Source: Octopus vulgaris (lineage: Eukaryota). Taken from it: 64,000 bases of DNA. The notes beneath the pieces were generated by a model. It was not told where the DNA came from, searched no databases, and saw only the letters and a list, made by a program, of their open reading frames with translations. The stretch covers positions 72,602,001 through 72,666,000 of the forward strand of contig OX597818.1 of the NCBI GenBank assembly GCA_951406725.2, written 5' to 3'. Below, piece after piece: positions 56,301 through 64,000 of this stretch (its first letter is position 1; every line of letters starts with the position of its first letter). The position numbers were made by a program, and so were the translations under genes.

Positions 56301-57629
56301 CTCCCTCCTCGATCTTTTAACATCCAGGAGATTATCTCCCCCGTCCGTAAAAATACAGGCAGGAATCCTCTGTAAATCAAAGTCTGGTGGGGCAGCTGGC
56401 ACCGTAATTCGTACCGCCTTTTTTCTCATGTACGCTGGGAAGATGGCGATTTCCTCGGTGCGACGCGTGACCACTGAGCTGTGTATCGCCTGCCTCTAAG
56501 TCTTAAAAAAAACCTCTACTCCGTCATAATGCCTCGATCTCGCAATGTGGTGGATATCTTGGCACGCATTTTTCAAGGGTTTTTCCACCTGGTCGCGTTT
56601 AGCATTTTCGAGTTTCCTGGTCTTTGTATTCACGCACCTATAGACAACTGTCTCTTTGGCTGTTGGTTCAAACACGTCGCTTGGAGAAATCAGTTCTACC
56701 CTCCTTCCCTTCATTTTCATATATTTTGCTGTCTTGTTCCGTTTTTCTATTTTCTTCTCCAATGAGATGTTAACCAATTCCTTAGCTGCTTTGATATTTG
56801 CAAAAATCTCTTCCCCGCTGCTATTTCCAATTTTACTAGTGTCTTCGCAGCAGTACCTTCCAATGTTGTCCTTCGCGCTACTACAATTTCCATGCAGTGA
56901 GCTACAATTCCTCCTCCTTCTTCGTCCTCTCCTCCTCCTCCTCCTCCTCCTCCTCCTCCTCTCCTCTCCACCTCCTCCTCCCTCCTTCTCCTCCTCCTCC
57001 CTCTCATCTACCTCTTCTTCCCCCTTCTCGTCCTTCTTTTTCCTCTCCTCCTCCTCCCTATCCTCCTCGTCCCCCTCGCCTCCTCCTCCTCACCTCTCCT
57101 CCTCCTCCCTCTCCTCCTCCTCTTCCTCCCCCTTCTCGTCCTTCTTCTTCCTCTCCTCCTCCTCCCCCCCTCCTCCTCGTCCCCCTCGCCTCCTCCTCCT
57201 CACTCTTCACCTCCTCCTCTCTCTCCACCCCTCTTCATCCCTCTACTCGTCCTTCTTCTTCGTCTCCTCCTCCTCCTCCCTATCCTCCTCGCCCTCCTCA
57301 CCTCCTACTCCTCAATCTTCTCCTCCGTCTTCTTCATTTCCTCCTCCTCCTCCTTCTTAGTTTTCTTCTTCTACTTTTTCTTCCTGCTGTCAACTGCAAT
57401 AATGGTAAGGAGGACGGGGAAGTTCTCGTCAAATCTTTGAAGAAATTTGAAAACAAAACGGTTTGTATCACCCCCAAAATGGGGCTTTGGTTAACAAACG
57501 TCAGCCCAGCAGAATGGCAGCTTGCTTGCAAAACGATTTAAACAACAAAATATAATATAGAGCCTTTTAAAAAAGTGAATTAGTCATAAACTTACAGGGT
57601 TAAAGAAACTCGCCTCCAGCTAAGGTGAC
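53368..57629 (-). mobile_element. L1/Tx1-type LINE remnant: ORF1 with zinc knuckle, APE endonuclease, RT deleted
   Basis: ORF1 has ...VEGRMPRCHDHDSTGHLRFFC. ORF2 has DIIAISD, SGVAVL, SDWNAILD, SYLDR, GPGYWELNAS, then LRLRHL and LPVRDKL. The 3' end is ccaataaagaaa. Confidence 0.8.
56909..57356. repeat. (TCC)-rich polypyrimidine tract inside the LINE 5' region
   Basis: Directly visible, with internal ~90-bp near-repeats. Confidence 0.9.
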
Positions 57630-57669
57630 AACAACAACAACAACAACAACAACAATAATGATACTAATG

Positions 57670-57732
<63 letters not shown>

Positions 57733-57797
57733 TTAATAATTATAATAATAATGATGATAATACCAATAATAATAATGATAATAATAATAATAAAAAT

Positions 57798-57834
<37 letters not shown>

Positions 57835-57838
<4 letters not shown>

Positions 57839-58113
57839 CAGAATGTGGAATCTGAAAACAGAAACAATTCCTATCATAGTAGGTGCATTAGGCATGATAA
57901 AAAAATATTCAGACAAATACATAACAAAAACACCAGGACTTACAAACGCATATAACATACAGAAAATTGCACTACTAGGCACTGCACACATCCTACGCAG
58001 AACACTTTCCATACAATAACAAACAGAGCATCACAAAAAATCACAACACATACCCAAGGCACACAGAGCTGCGCTCGGTAGTGAAGCGAAAGCATGCTAT
58101 AAAAATAAAACTA

Positions 58114-58118
<5 letters not shown>
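57835..58118 (+). mobile_element. 5'-truncated R4/Dong LINE 3' end
   Basis: TRMWNLKTETIPIIVGALG...RRTLSIQ* plus 3' UTR, between (TAA)n tracts. Confidence 0.92.
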
Positions 58119-58188
<70 letters not shown>

Positions 58189-59849
58189 CATTATTATCGT
58201 TTTTTTTTAATTGTTCTAATCGTAGTATATGAATAAAATTGATTGCATCGCTAACTGGTATATTAGAGGCGAAAAAATTTATATACCCCAGGGAAGTAAA
58301 GGAAAAGGTTTAAATGATAGGAGTGAACAGAAAAGGGAATAAAATTTAAGTAGTTACTGAAAGCATTTAATGCGGGATTGAAAGGTTTTCATTGCACAGT
58401 ATCTAGTATTTATTTTGTGTTATTAAAAACATCTAATATCTATCGATAGTCAGGGGTTCCTGAGAGGCGATCCTGTCGAATTTATGAATCTTAGCAGGCA
58501 GTCTTTCATTTAAAATGCCACCCTGCACCGAACATGCAAGAGGTTGACACTATTATTGCGTTTCAGCAAAATTCGACCGCTTGAGTGTGTCTTTGTTGTT
58601 TCACACAGGACACACACACACACACATATATATGCGTGTGTGTATGTGTGTACATGTACATATATATGTGTGCGTGTGGGTATATCTGTATGTGCATGTT
58701 TAGAGAGAAAGAGAGAAAAAGATAGAAAGATAGAAAGAGATTAATTGCAAGAGTGATATGTAGGTAAGCATTGGAGTCATCTTCTGAGACTATGGCGAGT
58801 GTGAGGGAAACGGTTGCTAACAAAAGTGAATCTCATTGGATTCATGGCTTTCAATGATACAATGGAAGGTTTACATTTATATATATCTATGTGTGTGTGT
58901 ATGTGTGTGTGTGTTTATACAGAAATATTGACAATAAGAGAGAGAGAGAGAGAGAGTTTACAGGAAGGAGAGACAGTTACATCTTTCAACTTTAAATATA
59001 GTCAAGAAAAATTTTATTCCAGTAGAATATGATAAGGAAATTATTGAAAGTGCTTTTGTGATTTTTACCATTTCTTAATATATAGAAAACATTTCTTAAT
59101 GTCTGCCTGGTAATAATTTTCTTTGCAATAGCACTATATGTTGTCTCTTCCTCATATTGCTGTCTATATTAAATCTACATCTACCTTAATTCTAGGTCTC
59201 TTTCTTCATAATTTTCTTTCTGTGTTCCGATTATCTGGTTAACGTCACTTATTTATTATCTCTCTGTACTACCTTACAGTTATTCTAATATTCAGCATCA
59301 TGCGTTCTCTTCTTTGTTATTCGACAAACGTTCCTATCTCTTCATGTCCAGTTTAATTATTCTCATATCATTGTGATAAAATATAACGACAAGCTCTTGA
59401 ATGCTAATACAAAGAGAAACCTGTCACCACCTCAACTAAATATTCTAGTTGGTACTCTATAGAAGTAAACCTTCCTTTTATTTTCTTACATTGTTCTCCA
59501 CATGCGTCATACTTTATCTAGTGTCTAATTTTGGCTCTGATGCTCTTTCTGCTGTCTCTGCACAGTCAAAATATAAACAACATTTCGAAATCAAATAAAA
59601 AATACTTACAAAAATCTAATAACGCATCAGACTATACTTGTCAATTGTAGATAACAAGCAATTGCTTTAAAAATTGGAAGGAAAATTTGTGACGAATTTC
59701 GGCTCAAAGAAATATTTTCATGAAGAGGTTAATTTTTTATTCCAGTTCTCTATTCATTTCTCTGAAAATTTGGCATAATCATGAAACCATACTGCACCAA
59801 ACTGAAAAACAATCATACAACCCACACCTTGTGTTTTCTTTACCTTATA

Positions 59850-60323
59850 CGAGAGTTGGCTGAAAGGTCCATAGGCTGACCTAGATACCCTCATAATCAG
59901 TGGCCTGTCCTGCATCAGCAAATGTTGAACAGAATCGATGTTTTGCTCGGTGGTGACAATTGCAGCACGTCCAGACGTTGGGTCATCTTCAAGAGTTTCC
60001 TAAATTCAGAAGCCCACATTTGCATTGTTGATAAACGGGAGCGTAATCCTCTAATGCAGCAACCATGTTAGTATAAATGTCATTGGGGGCTAAACCCTTT
60101 TTCCGGTAGATTCTCGATAACAGCACATTGCCAAATTTTGTCGATTTTCAAGTGATGTGGCTACAAGTTACTTTTGAAGTCTTCTGTTAACAGTCAGATA
60201 TCAGTTTACCTGGAGGGAAAGAATGATTTTAATAAAAATTGTTAAAATTACTGCATACCAGAATCCACAGCTTTAACAAATCATTCCTTCATAGTCACCC
60301 ATGAACTTTTCAGCCCACGTTCG
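59850..60323 (-). mobile_element. mariner deletion derivative with TIRs
   Basis: cgagagttggctgaaaggtccataggctgac pairs imperfectly with gtcacccatgaacttttcagcccacgttcg. Internal peptide LEDDPTSGR. Confidence 0.75.
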
Positions 60324-61009
60324 ACAATGAACCACTGATAATAATTAATGCTATATTATGCATGGCTGGCTAGAATGTTGAACAGTGGCGGATTATTAAC
60401 TGAAGAAGTACCATTGCAATTTACAATCGAGAGATTTTAAGACTACCTGCAAAGATGTTTAACAACTGGAAGTGTATGTTAAAGACAACAAATTTCTCTT
60501 GGTTACAGATAAAATGGAGTGTTGGTAGGCCTGAATAGGGATTGTACCTTTGGTTTCAGGCTGCTGCACATTGTCAGGAATGGTCAAATCGTTAGGCATC
60601 ACCGTTTCTCATTCAACTTCTAATCTTATACGATAAAGGCGGAGTAACATACATAGGTCAACGGCCTGGTGTTTGGCGCCGACGTCTGTTTAAGGCATAC
60701 GCTTATGGTTAGCAGATTAGAGAGGAATGCGCATTACAAAGCTAACTTGCTCATGAGACATTCATGGTGATGACAATCAGACCAGAAACCATACTGTGTC
60801 AGTTGTCACCTGGAGTAATTTCATCGACTAAAAAAGGAGCAGGAGGCCGAGATAATTGGTATAATTTGGTTGCAGCGACATCAACAAATGCCCTACGACC
60901 ATAAGGTCAAGGAATAGGAACGAAGGAAAGAAGGAAGGAAGGAAGGAAGGAAGGAAGGAAGGAAGGAAGGAAGGACAGAGAAAATAACGCTGAAACAGAA
61001 TTTAAGTGT

Positions 61010-61480
61010 TTCGTGACATCTGATTCAAGAAGAATAGTCTTCCTTGATGCTTCCTGATGGATCAAGGAAAGCTTGCTTTGAGCAATCTAATTTTAGCAAA
61101 AGACTGTTAAGATTGCTATTAAAGCGGTCTTATCTCAAATTTTCTCGATTTTGCTCCAATTTAGAAGGACTCTCCATTCTGTTCTATGTGCCACTCAACA
61201 CGTCCCAGAGCATTTTGGGTAATAATTCTGGAGAGGTCGAGCACCTGATCGACTCTGGATTCTTTTTACGTGGAATCCAGACCGAACATTTTCCCCAAAC
61301 CGAGAAAAAGTGTTTCCTAAAACACAAACGTATGCCAGCGTGCACCGGATTCACTGTGATTGGCAAAAAAATTCTTATATCAGCAGCACAATCTGGAAAG
61401 ATCTACACCCGGGTTAAGGAATGCCTAATGACATCAATTTTCTCGTTTAAGAAACACGTCGTCAAATGCTTCACCGAAGA
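61010..61480 (-). mobile_element. Possible decayed Ty3/gypsy pol (RT-RNase H junction) fragment
   Basis: Weak motifs VLGNTFS, AFLDPS and KTILLESD. GC content is higher than the flanks. Confidence 0.25.
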
Positions 61481-61601
61481 GTAGTAATATCTATTTCAGC
61501 TTTTGACTGGAATGTTTTACATACCTTTCACCTACTCAAGTTCCTCTACCTTCAACTGTATTCTCACACATACACCGCATCACAATAAATTCATCTCCCT
61601 T

Positions 61602-61818
61602 AAGGTGTTGTGCTGGTAGAATCGTTGGTACCCCGGACAATATGCTTAGCAGTTTTTCGTGCGTCTGTAGGTACTGCATTCAAATTCCGCCGAGGTGGAC
61701 TTCGCTTTTCATCCTAGTGGAAGTGAATAAAATAAGTGCCAGATGAGCACTAGATTTGATGTAATTGACTTAAACACTCCCCTGAAAATGCTGGCATTGT
61801 GCCAAAATTTGAAACTAA
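61602..61818 (+). mobile_element. tRNA-derived SINE (second family)
   Basis: gctggtagaatcgttgg...ttcaaattccgccgagg...gccaaaatttgaaac. Confidence 0.75.
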
Positions 61819-62973
61819 TATACTTACCGTACCTGACAGCATTGTATATCCAAATTAATTTGAACTAAGAAATATTTTTTCTACTGATTAAATTCACATT
61901 AGAGTTAAGCTAATGTTCAACGTCCTTTGACAGGATTGCCTTACATATCGCTTTAACTTGTCATGTCACGTAATTTCTTACTGGTGTTTCCACAGAACGT
62001 TATATGCTACTGCTGCAATGTTGGCACTGCCTTCAGAAACCACTCCTAACTACTAATATAGTTTGTAGCCAAAATAATTGAAGAGATTCCTCCGCCATAA
62101 CAAATCAGAATAAGGTAGAATAATCTGCTAATAAAAGCACACTTCCCCAGACTCATTGAGAATTCACTTGTATTTGTGAAGGAAGTTTTTTTCTCGGAAT
62201 ATTATATGACAATGAAGCAACATATTATGAATTTATACAATACACATTCTCTTTGTTTGCGTTCATTGACATTACCTTACATGTTTTTATAATTCCATAT
62301 CTGCAGTGCTCAATGATTTTTGCAAAGATTTAAATAATTTATACGGACTGAAATGTTTGAAGCAAATTACAACCCCCTCCCCATACACACACACAGGCGA
62401 ACACAGTCAGGCATACATATATATATAAGTGTCAGTATGACTGTGAATGTATACATATATATTAATATATATAAATATATACATACACACGCACATACAT
62501 ATATGCATACATGCGCGTAAGTATGTATGTATGCATGTATGTTCACATGGGGTTTGGTCCATTGAAATTGTTGAGAGCAGTTCTCCGCAAAATAATAGAT
62601 TATATGATGTAAATATATCATTCTTCAAAAATGTATATTTGTCTAGCGAAAAAATATAATAAAAACCTTATTCTATCAAAATGCTTATGAAAACAAATCT
62701 CAGTATTATGAACTTGCACAAATACATATTACAGTCATGTATAAAAATTAATAGAAATATGGAGAAACACGTATGTTTTTCTTATGTTTAATCCTAGTTT
62801 GGTTTGTTAGTAAGTAGAAATGTTAGCAAAGTACACATCCAATGCTGAACCCATATGTATGTGTAAATAATATAATAAATTCATGAATATGTTCCCATCT
62901 AGCAGTAATAAAGCTCTACAAAAGGATCAGTATTTATCATTATATGTATTGCTGTTAACGCTGTGAGCTTGTA

Positions 62974-63009
<36 letters not shown>

Positions 63010-63430
63010 TTTTACTTTTACTTTTACTTGTTTCAGTCATTTTGACTGCGGCCATGCTGGAGCACCGCCTTTAGTCGATCAAATCGACCCCGGGACTTAT
63101 TCTTTGTAAGCCCAGTACTTATTCTATCGGTCTCTTTTGCCGAACCGCTAAGTGACGGGGACGTAAACACACCAGCATCGGTTGTCAAGCAATGCTAGGG
63201 GGACAAACAGAGACACACAAACATATACACACATACTTATATATATATATATATATATACATATATACGTGAGGCTTCTTTCAGTTTCCGTCTACCAAAT
63301 CCACTCACAAGGCATTGGTCGGCCCGGGGCTATAGCAGAAGACACTTACTCAAGATGCCACACAGTGGGACTGAACCCGGAACCATGTGGTTGGTTAGCA
63401 AGCTACTTACCACACAGCCACTCCTGCGCC
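63010..63430 (-). mobile_element. Full-length tRNA-derived SINE with internal microsatellite
   Basis: Head ggcgcaggagtggctgtgtggtaag...gggttcagtccc, central (TA)/(TG), tail ...atgactgaaacaagtaaaagt. Confidence 0.88.
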
Positions 63431-64000
63431 TATGTATGTATGTATGTATGTATGTATGTATGTATGTATGTATGTATGTATGTATGTATGTATGTGTGTA
63501 TGCATGTATGTAATTGAAAAGTTTGAGTCAACAAGAAAGAGTACAGTTGAACATTTATTTGCAATCACTACAATTGATTCTACGCAACGTAGTTCTCCAG
63601 GCTTGCAGGTACTTGATTATGCAACCGTTTGCCTGCATTATGAGATCTAGTTGTGTTTCCTCAAGCGATATATAAATAATGTAAATTGAAGAGCACCCTA
63701 TCTGTCTCTCGTGGCCTGAACTTAGTAGTAGCCACTGAGTGTATCAAGAGATGCGTCATAGCTCATGATCAATTGGCAAACTGCTTTGAATGTGTGGATG
63801 TAGTGAAATGGTGATTTTGCTACTGTTAAAGTGATTGTCAGTTTAACAAACAGCCATTTGATTTCATTGTACTGTTGATTAGTTTTTCATGGCCAGTTAC
63901 ACATGCGATTGTCCTTGGCTGATATTTAAGAACGTACCCATGCCTACACATACATGCTCGTACACACATACATCCATATACATACACATGTTCTGACACA

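Overview
AT-rich, microsatellite-dense eukaryotic DNA with no recognisable host protein-coding exon. The tRNA-derived SINE families suggest an octopus/coleoid cephalopod genome (inference). Almost all ORF-track hits are microsatellite artefacts. The window is made up of transposable elements: Penelope-like (PLE) RT/GIY-YIG remnants, several R4/Dong-type RT+restriction-like-endonuclease LINEs stacked in (TAA)n/(GTA)n tracts, an RT-deleted L1/Tx1-type LINE, Tc1/mariner remnants and many SINEs. The most notable signal is non-coding: a young array of ~5.8 x 480 bp (8901-11687) sits in a (TA)n tract, and every unit carries a type I hammerhead ribozyme motif on the minus strand. This is the architecture of a non-LTR retrozyme or PLE pseudo-LTR array. 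At least five further, sequence-unrelated hammerhead or hammerhead-like motifs occur in the first 13.3 kb. Also notable are a 241-bp near-perfect palindrome (48408-48648) and a long-TIR element carrying an internal (TTAGGG)n tract (42503-43425). All calls were made by eye; no searches or folding programs were run.
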